DNA of 64,000 nt from Podarcis vaucheri (taxonomy: Eukaryota), in assembly GCA_965113315.1 (NCBI GenBank), contig OZ220364.1; one strand, 5' to 3'. Shown in pieces: positions 26,971 through 37,501 of the stretch. The translations under genes were made by a program, and so were the position numbers. Each line of letters opens with the position of its first letter. The first letter of the stretch is position 1. Below the pieces are notes generated by a model. That model was not told where the DNA came from. It was given only the letters and a program-made list of their open reading frames with translations, and made no database searches.

Positions 26971-28284
26971 TATTAGTAAGAGGAAGTGGCTACAAATTTC
27001 CTTAAACAGTTCTGAACTGTTATTGTACAAAGCAAACAGAACTAGAACATGAATGTTTCAGGAAGCTTTTGGAGGTGTGGAAATGATAAATATTGACTCT
27101 TACTTTATAATCCACAATGTAATCAGATTATTCTCATGCATCAGTCATCATCCCTCACTTTCTGGTGCATTTCCCTGTCACTTTCCTTACTGGAAAACCC
27201 CTGATTTTTTTAAAAAAGTTTGCTGTTATATAATTGAATCGCTCCAACAAAATATTGACAGCCTGGAGGGAAACTTAGAATTTGTGGGTCGGGTATGGAA
27301 ACTCAGAATTCTTAAGATCAGACCAACAATGTCTGAAGCCACAGATTTCTGCTTTGCTGATCACCCTTCCCCTTTAGGGAAAATACACGGGATCAGCTAA
27401 AATTTAAGACATTCTTCAAGATACTCACACTATCCTTGAGGGCTATTTATCAATTGTCTTTCTGCTTCATGGTACATAGATATTTCCACTGCTTACTTAA
27501 AACTGGGAAGTAGCAGCTTAAAATCCCTGTTCAGCCATGAAGATCACTTGATGCCCTTGAGCCAATCACTGTAACTCAACCCAACATACATCAGGTTGGG
27601 ATGTTGAGAGTGACACAGCACCATTTCTATGTATGCTGCCCTGAACTCCTTTAAGGGAGGGCAGGATGACATACACAGTATCAATGATAACAAACAGTAA
27701 TTCACTTGTGGGCCTGTGGTAAGTAGGAATTGCTTCCAAGGGACATAGGAAAAAAGGAGTATTGTGACACTTTAAAAATAAAGCATTATCATAGCTTAAG
27801 GTTTAGTTGGACTACAGCCCACTTCATCAGATACATGGCTATCCTGAGTTGGAGGTGGGAAACTAAGCAGTGATGTCAGCAGGAAGAGAATGCAGATAAT
27901 TCCAGTATGGGTATCAGTAATAATGGCTATATTCTACCTCCAGGATCAACAAGGAGCATCAGTATAAGTCACTGAGGAACAACAGCTGGAAAGGTTGCTT
28001 GCCCTCATGTCCTGTTTGAAGGATTTACGTGGGCATCTATCTGGTTGGCTACTTGCAAGCAGAACACTAGACTAGATAGGCTTTTGGTCTGATTCAGCAA
28101 GGGTGTCCTTATGTTATACCCAAACATTCTGGTTTTATCATATCTAGAATCCTCGTCTGGAGGGGCTGTGACCCTTCCTTCCAGATGTACATTTAGCAAT
28201 TTGTGCCATTATAGCCTCTTAGTGCAGCAACAGTGATCATTCTTAATACTGTGTAACATTTTAACGGATGGGGCACATACAACA

Positions 28285-28290
28285 TTTATT
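28285..28290 (-). terminator. Candidate distal poly(A) signal of TRAIP
   Basis: AATAAA in U-rich context followed by TGTTGTATGTG, at the end of an apparently repeat-free 1.5-kb UTR-like stretch. Confidence 0.45.
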
Positions 28291-29398
28291 CAAAATAAAT
28301 ACAATTATGAATTTTAAGTACAAGTTCATTCATTGATTGATTTATGTCTTGGGTAAGCTTGCAACTTAACTTTGGAGTTAAGGTGGAGATATTCAGCAAA
28401 AGCTTTTCAAACAGGTTTCCCTGCAACTCAAAACATCAAGGTAACTCCAACTCAGAAGGTCCCTTTTGCCTGAATCTCTTTAAGGAAACAAGTGGACATT
28501 TGCTTCAAATAAGCAATATTTTTAATCCCCATTTTATGGATTGAATCCTTAAAGCTTTGGGGGCAAACCCACTTTAAGCCTAAACAGTAACTACAAACGA
28601 TAGTTGAATTTTGCTATTCCATCAGGAAATCAGAAGTCTAACTCTGGAAGAACAATATCCATATGCTCTATAAAACCCTCCTTGAAGGCAGCAAACAAAA
28701 ATTCAGACAAATAGCACCAACAGTTTTTTGGGGGGCGGCAGAAATGTCTAGGACAAAAATCAAAGTAAAATACAGATCTAAATATTGCAAGTTCCCTCCA
28801 AAAATATTCATCTCTCAAACACAGCACACTGTTAACTCAAGGAGAAAAAGGTGACAACTGAATGCCAGATATGTGAGACAACATTTGCTTTGGTGAAGCT
28901 GCAGAATGCTTGAAATTAGTTTGAACACTTTAGGCATGTTAAGAGATTGAGGAACTGGGTGTTCAAGTAAGAAACATGAATATGCAGGCTTAGGGACAGG
29001 CTATCAATTTTGCATGATTACATAAAAACAACAGAATCTGTTCACCTTCAGAAGCAGGACATTCCTTGAGACAAAAAACATGTAAACAGTTCCCAAAAAG
29101 TATCATCCTAAAAAAGGGGGGGGGAAATACCCCAAATCAGTGAGAAGAATGGAGAAATTCAGCGTTAACTGAGCATTAAGTGCTGCCACCAAAGATGAGG
29201 ATCAAGAGCCAACAGATCTAGCAGACATATCTGGCAAAGACATGACCTTGCTCCCTGATGTTAGAAGATCAATTACATAAATTCTTTTCTTGTGTATTCC
29301 ATCCAATCACCCAAGACACCAATGCAACTTGACAGTTGCAAATAATAATTCTCTTCTTACATGAAGGTTTCCATGTCACAATGCTAACATAGCAGCAT

Positions 29399-29404
29399 TT
29401 TATT
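29399..29404 (-). terminator. Candidate proximal poly(A) signal of TRAIP
   Basis: AATAAA on the minus strand about 375 nt after the stop codon. Confidence 0.45.
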
Positions 29405-29778
29405 GAGGAGACGCTTCTCAAGCCATATTCTCTTCAGATGTAGTATTCCCTACTGTCAAAGTTACAGGAGCCAAGGCTTCCTTGGCTTACCAGGATTAAA
29501 ATACAGTACTCCAAGACAGCAGCGAGGCATTCTGGAACAGAAACTACTCAGTCCTTTTCTCCCCTAAAGTCTGGTAGCACAGCAAAGCCATTCCTCCATG
29601 TTCAATCTGCGGGGGTGGGGGGGTGGGAGAATCAGATGAACACAAAGCCAGGGGGAGTGCAGCTGCTGTGCCACTGTGGAGTTGTCCTGGCTCACTTAGG
29701 TCACCATGCTGTTCTGTCTGCTGTAGAAGATAATTCCTGGCCTCTGATTATCTATGTGTAAGCTAGAGAGATCCATAG

Positions 29779-29898
29779 TTACTTAAGGAAGTTGTCTAGT
29801 TTAGTCTGACTGATGCCAGAAGTGGCTGCTGTTGGTTGCTTAGAAACACTTCTTTTCTTGCACCTCAAAGCTAGGGGGCGAATCTCTGTTGATATACT
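29779..29898 (-). CDS. TRAIP: TRAIP coding exon 15 (last), PCNA-interacting PIP box and stop
   Basis: SISTEIRPLALRCKKRSVSKQPTAATSGISQTKLDNFLK-TAA; QxxLxxFL PIP box as in human QAKLDTFL. Confidence 0.94.
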   Translation of the reverse strand, partial: SISTEIRPLALRCKKRSVSKQPTAATSGISQTKLDNFLK

Positions 29899-31001
29899 CT
29901 GAAATGAGACACGTCAAGGAAAATAGTGGCCAAATATTTAAAAGAAAGGTTTTACATTCCCATACATATCTGACATGTATAAATCATATCTGGGGGCTAA
30001 ATTATTTTCTCTCCCCCTGAGTCCCTCCTTCAGGGTCATTTTCCCCCCAACCTCCCAAGTAAGAGAAGAGAGGTCAGGTTTTAGCTGATCATGGAGTCAA
30101 ACATTTTTTATTCCCATCACCCAGTCAAAGGCTGACCAAGAGATGGTAGCAGACAGATACCTCTCCTAATAGTGTTTTACTGCTACATAAGCTTCAAAAC
30201 AATAACCATCACAGCTCATTATAAAGAAACAGGCTCTTGATGACAAATATTGGATTACTGACCTCTTAACTCTGCACAAGGGGAGGTAAAGGAACATTAA
30301 CCTGAATGTGAACACAGATATGCTAGAAACACCAATGATATCTAGAAACACTCATGGTATCCTCTGAAAAATGTAGCATTTGCTGCAAATGTGTCTTGAA
30401 ATACTCTACCAGCTGCAAAAACTGGAACCCCCCCAACTTATATAGGTTTTCCAGTTTTCAGGGAACGAAAGTGTATATATATACCTAATTTAAACACTGC
30501 ATTTCTTTGATCTCTACAGCAGATGTAAACTCAGCCTGATAGATTCACAAGTGGGATTTGAACAAGATCCTGATCCAGGTTTCCTAGGGCCACTTTTTCC
30601 CCAGTACCGTCATACTTTGGAAGTTGAATGGAATCTGTTCCGGAAGTCCATTTAACTGCCAAAGCATTTGACTTCCAAAGCACGGCTTCTAATTGGCTGC
30701 AGGAACTAGGCTGTTTGAAAACCAAGGTACAACTGTAAATATAGAACACTGTAGCCAAGAACTCATACAATGTATATTCTGATTGATTCTAGAGAGATAT
30801 ATTCCCCAAATATATTCCATTATTTCGGCTTCTCCTCACTTTGAATTTAAGCCAGAACGTCACTGTTCCAACTGGAACATTGCTTGATGGCTTAGTAAAT
30901 GCCACTGCTTCTTCTTAGTCTTTTGTGTCATTGATCATCATAGATTCAGTGCCGCTGGATATCAGCATAGCTTCTGCAGGACAGATCTTAGGAAAGGATA
31001 C
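29899..31001 (-). other. TRAIP: U12-type (minor spliceosome) GT-AG intron, last intron of TRAIP
   Basis: 5' splice site GTATCCTTT; branch sequence TTTCCTTGAC at 29922-29913 about 15 nt from the AG; no long polypyrimidine tract. Confidence 0.92.
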
Positions 31002-31052
31002 AGGCTGAATGAATTTGGTTCTGCCTCCTAAGCCATCATACCCAGTTCTCAC
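31002..31052 (-). CDS. TRAIP: TRAIP coding exon 14
   Basis: VRTGYDGLGGRTKFIQP (conserved GxDGLGGR motif); 51 nt; followed by U12-type donor GTATCCTTT. Confidence 0.96.
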
Positions 31053-31388
31053 CTACAAGGAAGAGAATCCAGTAGTTAAAAATGCAAAAGCATATGACTC
31101 CCATGGAGGAAGTTGTTATGAAATAGAAAAAGGATTGTAGTGGGTAAAAGGGCACATAACACACTAGAGGATTTGTGATCAGAGTATGCTAAGTATGTGC
31201 TGCCTGATCGGGTGTCTAAGCAGGTCCACTAGCAATAAAAAGAACAGAGCATATTGAATTTGTAAGATTTGTAGATGAGGACATGAGAAGGCATGTCCAG
31301 GAACAGGGTTCAGCTGGCTGCTGGTTGGCAGTTTAAGCAGGAACACTCCACACTGCAAAACTCTGATGCACATCCCACTTGTACTCAC

Positions 31389-31547
31389 CATTCCTGCGTT
31401 CCTCTGTGGTACAAGCATGTTGCTTGCAGGTGGCCTCTTGGACATAACAGAGTTTCTAATGAAAGCAGGCAGAAGATCTTCCAGATGCTCATCATCTGTG
31501 TCAGCTGAGCAGCTCTGAACCATATTTGAAGAAGTAGGAGAGTTAAA
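31389..31547 (-). CDS. TRAIP: TRAIP coding exon 13 (acceptor either 31547 or 31514, both in frame)
   Basis: FNSPTSSNMVQ/SCSADTDDEHLEDLLPAFIRNSVMSKRPPASNMLVPQRNAGM; conserved QSC and PxFIRN motifs; donor ATG|GTGAGT at 31388. Confidence 0.82.
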
Positions 31548-31967
31548 CTAAAATACTCATATTTGCAACCAAACACAAGCAGCACTACTAGAATCCATGT
31601 AATCCATCTACAGTATTGTGCGAAAGGAAATGGTCGTTTCTGCAAAAGCAGATTTTTTAAACATTCTTAGAGAGGAATGGAAGTTTGAAAGTCACTGGGC
31701 TCTGGTGCCAGCTGATAGATCAACAGATGACAACAGTACGGACCCCCTGCCCCAGATAATTCAGAATACATAGCAGTGGGAAGCTGACTCTCGCACACCT
31801 CTCAGGGCTAACTGTAATATTTACTATTTTATATAACACAGAAAAATGTATTACTTTAAAATCCATGCAGAATTTGGCTGTCTGGAGAAAAGATGGCTTT
31901 CAAAATAGCTCTAAAGATAGTGGATTGAAGAGGTTATAGTTGCTACTCAGGTTATCCGTTACAATAC

Positions 31968-32013
31968 CTCCACTGTTTCTTTCAGAACTCTTGATAAACT
32001 TGTCACAGGTGCA
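31968..32013 (-). CDS. TRAIP: TRAIP coding exon 12
   Basis: (F)APVTSLSRVLKETVE; 46 nt; ttttccAG / GTATTG; phase links exon 11 to 13; sequence poorly conserved. Confidence 0.75.
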
Positions 32014-32417
32014 CTGGAAAAAACAAACAAACCCACACACAATTTAGATTACACATCACAAAGTAGTAAATTGCTCAATATATCCCTTTAGAGTTGGAGG
32101 CACCAGTTTGAATTCAAACATGAATTTTCACAATGTGGCCCAGATCATAAGCCAACACCTAAAACAGGCTTTGCCAACCTGGTACCCTATGGACTATGAC
32201 TCCCAGCAGCTGTCAGCAGTGGACATACTACAAAAGTATAGGCTTCTTATGTCTCAATTAAAATAATAAAATGCAACTATAATGTTGTCTTCTCCTCCCT
32301 TCTCTCTGTTCTGACCACTAAGATAAAAGCCTCTGGTTTGATCAACAGGCAAATGTGGCAGATTTTTCATTACTTTTGCCTCGCTGCCATTGTTATCATT
32401 TCGCCGAAGCCCTAACC

Positions 32418-32757
32418 CAGCGATGGGGAACCTTTTTCAGCCAGACGGCCATATGCTTTCTAAGGGCCACCATGCCAGTAGTGGGTGGGGCCAGAGGCAA
32501 AAGTGGGCAAAGTAACAAATGTAATTATTAACCTTTGTACACTACACTAGTTTGTGTATATCCTTCTTTTATCTTTCATCCAGACAAAAGCAAGAGGCAT
32601 TATCAGAGTTCAAGGGCACATTCCAGCCAGGCAGAATCGCACAAGGAGGATGTGAAGCAGGTCTGGTGAGGGTGTGTGGCTGAGGAGAGTCCCGAGGGCC
32701 AGACAGAGAGGCTTGGAGAGCCACATTTGGCCCCTGCACCTGAGGTTCCCACCCCTA
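32418..32757. mobile_element. Older hAT (Charlie-like) MITE; similar remnant at about 42646-43040
   Basis: CAGCGATGGGGAACCT / AGGTTCCCACCCCT termini, GGCCA subterminal motifs. Confidence 0.65.
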
Positions 32758-33100
32758 GCCTACCCCAAAGTCTTTATACAAGTAGGAAAGCCATTCTTCA
32801 TTATCTCTAGGATTCAACGGGAGCCGAGATAAAGCACTTGTTAGAAGTAACAAATGAAGGGTGCCTATTTAAGAAATCGACAAAGTAAAGTTTCCTCTTC
32901 CTGAAACGGTTCTGTCTGTCTTAGATTGCAAGCATGCAGGTTAGGAATTACCCTGTTAGAGACTTTTTAATGAGATATTTGAGATAGATAATGGACAATA
33001 AGATAGGCAACTTTGGGGGCAAAGTCTCACTTTACTCTCACAACAGGTAAGATATGTTGTGACAGTCTTCTGCAGTGAACAAAAGCTTTAAAATGAGATA

Positions 33101-33407
33101 CAGTGGTGCCTCGCAAGACGAAAAGAATCCATTCCGTGATTCTCTTCGTCTAGCAGTTTTTTCGTCTTACGAAGCAAGCCCATTGACGGATTAGAGGATT
33201 AGCACTATTAGCGGCTTATCAGCTTATCGGATCAGCTGATAAGCAGCTTAGCGGCTTAGAAAAAAGGGGGGGGAGGAAAAACCCCCCGCAGGAACTCGCA
33301 AGCAAGCCCATAGGAGATTCGTTTTGCGAAGCACCTCCAAAACGGAAAACTCTTTCGTCTAGCGAGTTTTCCGTCTTGCGAGGCATTCGTCTTGCGGGGC
33401 ACCACTG
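33101..33407. mobile_element. Tc1/mariner MITE family B
   Basis: TIR CAGTGGTGCCTCGCAAGACG / CGTCTTGCGGGGCACCACTG; TA TSD. Confidence 0.9.
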
Positions 33408-33630
33408 TATTTCCATCAAAAGCAATGAGAACAAAATGTGGTCTTTGTTGTACAATTTGTTATTTCTTCAGCTTGTAAACCACCTTCTGTATAGTAATAT
33501 AGAAAGGCAGTACAAATTAAAAGTATTAAGATGGCTGGAAAATTGCTTACAGTGCATGCAGAAGTGAGAATACCAGACAGATCAAGAGCACAACATACAC
33601 CCAGTAAAAAGGGAAGCAACTGTGACTCAC

Positions 33631-33816
33631 AACTTTTTATCCAGTTTAAGTTTTTTTGCAGGAGCAGAGATGCTCTTGTGAGGTGGATGCTTTGGTGTCT
33701 GTACATCAAAGGTATCATTCTTTGGTGTCTGTACATCAAAAGTATCATTCAGGTCAATCTCATCACTGTGAGCTGGTCGATGGAGCTTTGGGGTTAACAA
33801 TTCTAGAGGAGCAGGG
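33631..33816 (-). CDS. TRAIP: TRAIP coding exon 11 (contains 30-bp tandem duplication)
   Basis: (S)PAPLELLTPKLHRPAHSDEIDLNDTFDVQTPKNDTFDVQTPKHPPHKSISAPAKKLKLDKK; 186 nt; AG/GTGAGT. Confidence 0.93.
33691..33750. repeat. 30-bp x2 coding tandem duplication in TRAIP exon 11
   Basis: TTTGGTGTCTGTACATCAAA(G/A)GTATCATTC twice, one mismatch. Confidence 0.97.
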
Positions 33817-34140
33817 CTGTAAGGCAAAATTGTACAAATATCACAACACAACATTACACTGTCAGACAGGTAACCGTCTCAGTTTCCAGCCCACACCACA
33901 TGCTGTACCATCTAAATACTAGCTTCCTATTAGTACTCATTCCTGATGGTGGAAGGCAATGACTATATAATACGGATACAGTAGAACTAAATTCAGAGAG
34001 AGAACTTTCTTCTGCTTTCTAGCAACATGTGCAAAGTGTTCAAAATTACCAAAATGACTGCCAGGTTGCCTGGGGTCTTCACATCCCATTCATGCTAGTG
34101 TACTGTAAAACTGGCCTTAAACAAGAAGCCCTACATTTAT

Positions 34141-34927
34141 TGTCAGGGCTGCCTCAGGTCTCAGCTCACAAAAGACCAACGCCAAGCTCTTCTTATATAC
34201 AAGGATGTTTATTGCAGTTCATTATTGGTTCCACAACCGAGGCGTGCAGCCCCGCGTCTCTTTCCCCTAGACATTAGAAGTCCCCTCTGAATCGGTCCCT
34301 CCCATACACCAGTTTAATAAGCTAACGCTGCTCCACCTTTTTCTCTCTTTCCTTTTCCGCAGGATCTTTCTGCCCGTCGGGGTTCCTCCCCTCCTGCTTT
34401 CTCCTGAAGCGGAGTCTCCAGACTGCTCCTGCCCCCTCCTGCGGGCTTTGGGTCCTCGCCCCTCCTCCTCCGGGCTCCCTGTTCTCCCGCGCGCCTCCTC
34501 ATTTGAACTTGGCGCGCGCGCCCAACTTCTGACCTTCCTTTTGACAGTTATGCTACTCTCCTCACTGCCTTCCTCCCCTTCCGGGAGAACGGCTTGCTCT
34601 GATCCCTCCCCTTTCTCTGTCGCCGGAGCTGCTCCCTCTGACACACTGGAACCTCCCCCTCCCTCGCTGCGCTCTGGTGGGGAGGCTGGCCCTGATTCCC
34701 AGCTGCCGCTTTGGGGTCCCCTGCTGGCCCCCCGCTCCTGACACTTTCCACCCGGGGCTCCCCTTGCCCTTACCACAGGCGCCCCTTTCTGGGAATCCTC
34801 TGATTCGCTGGAGAGACTCATGGAATCCCCTGCGTCATTCCTATCCTCTTCCTCGCTCTCCTGGGATTCCTCTCCATCGCTCTCCATTTCCTGCCTTCCC
34901 TGTGCATCTGTCCCTGTACCCCTGACA
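34141..34927 (-). mobile_element. Solo LTR (787 bp, probably Gypsy-like) in TRAIP intron 10
   Basis: TGTCAGGG...CCCTGACA inverted termini (TG..CA); perfect 5-bp TSD TTTAT; AATAAA on minus at 34213-34208; long open frame 34926-34267. Confidence 0.85.
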
Positions 34928-34962
34928 TTTATATAGGAAGGTTAGGTTACTGTTTGATATAA

Positions 34963-35755
34963 TCATCTTCTTTCTTCTTTGGTGATCACTCGTAGCCAAG
35001 TAAGATTGTCTTCCATAAACACGGTTTTAACAGTGAGTCCGTAAATGACTGTGGAGGCCAGTTCTGGATCCACACGTCCTTCCACAGTGGGGACATTGGT
35101 TTCCGGGCAGGAGTTGATCACGGTGTGGATTTGCCAAGCATGCCTTCCTCTTAGCATGTTTCTCCCTTGTGTCCTGAGTTCAAGTGTCTTCAAAACCCAT
35201 AACACCTTTGGTAAAGGCTGTTCTCCAACTGGAGTGCTCGCAGGCCAGTTTTTCCCAGTTGTCAGTGTTTATACTACATTTTTAAAGATTTGCCTTGAGA
35301 CAGTCTTTAAACCTCTATCGTTGACCACCAGCATTACGCTTTCCTTTTTAAGTTTGGAATAGAGTAGTTGCTTTGGAAGACGATCATCAGGCATCCGCAC
35401 AACATGACCAGTCCAACGAAGTTGATGTTGAAGAATCATTGCTTCAACAATGGTGATCTTTGCTTTTTCCAATACACTGATATTAGTTCACCTGTCTTCC
35501 CAAGTGATGTGTAAAAATTTTCGGAGACACCGTTGATGGAATCTTTCGAGGAGTTGGAGATGTCATTTATAAGTGGTCCATGTTTCACAAGCATATAGTA
35601 AGGTTGGTAGTACAATAGCTTTGTAAACAAGCATTTTGGTTTCCCTGCAAATGTCCTGGTCCTCAAACACTCTGCACACTTCAATCAGGAGAAAGCTGCA
35701 CTCGCAGAGCTCAGGCGATGCTGGATTTTGGCATCAGTGTTGGCCCTTGTGAAAA
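34963..35755 (-). mobile_element. RTE-clade LINE 3' fragment
   Basis: QLRWTGHVVRMPDDRLPKQLLY motif, C-terminal CPHCGRTCGSRTGLHSHLRTH zinc finger, GAA-repeat tail. Confidence 0.88.
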
Positions 35756-36072
35756 GTTTGAAATAATAGTGGCAGAAGAAACACTTGCACTAGTGTTATA
35801 CTGAGCTGGTATGGATGGTGATGTAGCAAATGACGAAATACTGAAGTCTAATGAAAAGGGTCAGGTAGCAGGTGGTGGGAAAGACCCTAGAGAACCACTC
35901 CCAGTCACAGTAGGCAGTACTGGGCTAGTTGGACAAATAGCCTGACTATATGTAAGGCATCTTATGATGTGCTTTTGGACAGCTCAGGAAGGTGTGAAAT
36001 GCTTATATTGGACAAAATCTTTGGTACAGTAACTCTGCTACATCAATATCCACTGAATTTTTCTAAACCAAC

Positions 36073-36161
36073 CTTTCAGAGACAAGCCGGCCAAGTGCTT
36101 CATTGCTTAATGATGACACTTTAATGGTATCTTGCATCACTCTTATCTTCTTTTTCAAACT
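36073..36161 (-). CDS. TRAIP: TRAIP coding exon 10
   Basis: SLKKKIRVMQDTIKVSSLSNEALGRLVSE+AG; 89 nt; AG/GTTGGT. Confidence 0.92.
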
Positions 36162-36376
36162 CTGTGGAAAGAAAGAGCAGCAATTAATACATGTCAGAAA
36201 TCCTACCAAAAGCCAATATTTCTACATCCCCTCTTGCAAAGATACAGGCATCTTGAAGTTGAGGGTGCCTCCCAGCCATTTTTAATCAGGGTGGAATTTA
36301 GAACAGTATTTGGACTATACACTACGAAGGCTGTAGGGCCACATTAATTATCAGCAAGTTAAAAGAATGTTCTCAC

Positions 36377-36466
36377 CATTATCTCATTATCTGCATTTCT
36401 CAGATCAGTCTGGGTGCTCTTCACCTCTTCTGTCGTTTTCTCCAACTCTAGAACTGTCTTCTGTAG
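36377..36466 (-). CDS. TRAIP: TRAIP coding exon 9 (leucine zipper region)
   Basis: LQKTVLELEKTTEEVKSTQTDLRNADNEIM; 90 nt; AG/GTGAGA. Confidence 0.92.
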
Positions 36467-36731
36467 CTATAGATTTAAAAAAGTATGTTGGAAGTCTAGT
36501 ACATGATGGGATACAGCAGTACACCAAGCTTCTAAGTGCTCAAAAAACCTACAGTAGTTTATGTTTTACAAATGCACGTTCTTAGACTTCAGGATAAAAT
36601 AATTTAGTGTATTGTAAATAAAGATGTCCTAAATGGAAACAGATTCTTATTCTTTCAAGGCTCCTGCAGAGGGAGCTCCAATGTGGCTCATCTCTTCAGG
36701 TGTCAATGAGAAGCTGCTGAGGGCAGCGGTA

Positions 36732-36957
36732 CAGTGGTACCTCGGGTTACATACGCTTCAGGTTACGGACTCTGCTAACCCAGAAATAGTGCCTCGGGTT
36801 AAGAACTTTGCTTCAGGATGAGAACAGAAATCGTGCTCCGGTGGCGCGGCAGCAGCAGGAGGCCCCATTAGCTAAAGTGGTACCTCAGGTTAAGGACAGT
36901 TTCAGGTTAAGAACGGACCTCCGGAACGAATTAAATACTTAACCCGAGGTACCACTG
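36732..36957. mobile_element. Tc1/mariner MITE family A
   Basis: TIRs and TA TSD; CpGs intact. Confidence 0.93.
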
Positions 36958-37501
36958 TACTAGTTTGCTCAAAGTAATTCAGTGTGCTTGTAAGTAGGCA
37001 TTTATAATAAAGGTACAATAAACTCTTGCCATTCCCAGTATATTCTCAAGAGAGAAACCCTCTCCCACCCTTCCTCCCTACACCTGTGTTTACAGTACAA
37101 ACTAAGACCCTTCCTGATATTAATCCAGAGGGATTTTCAAGAGACAGTTGTGCATTTTGACTTTAAAACTATAAACTGTCCTCGTGCAGTTATATATGTA
37201 TAACACAATGCTTTATTAGAAGTTTTTTTCAATTCTTGTTATGCAGAAACAGAAAGAATACTGAGGCAGACTAATAAATGTTATGCAGACATACTGAGGA
37301 ATCTTAGGGAACCTACAGCTGAACTTCTCAGCTTAAGATAGCTGCCAACATGGTCAATGTAAGTGCTTGGACAAGAATTGTGTTAAACAAATACATACCT
37401 AATTAAAATGTATTTTGCTTTATTTCGGTAGTGGTACTGATGAAGAGCTGCACATAAATACCTCTGCAACGTGTCTGCAGGAGCATCAACACATCTTTTA
37501 C

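Noticed and set aside
30860-30945. ATGATGA C-box-like motif in the U12 intron suggesting a snoRNA
   Set aside because: No suitably placed CTGA D box or terminal stem seen.
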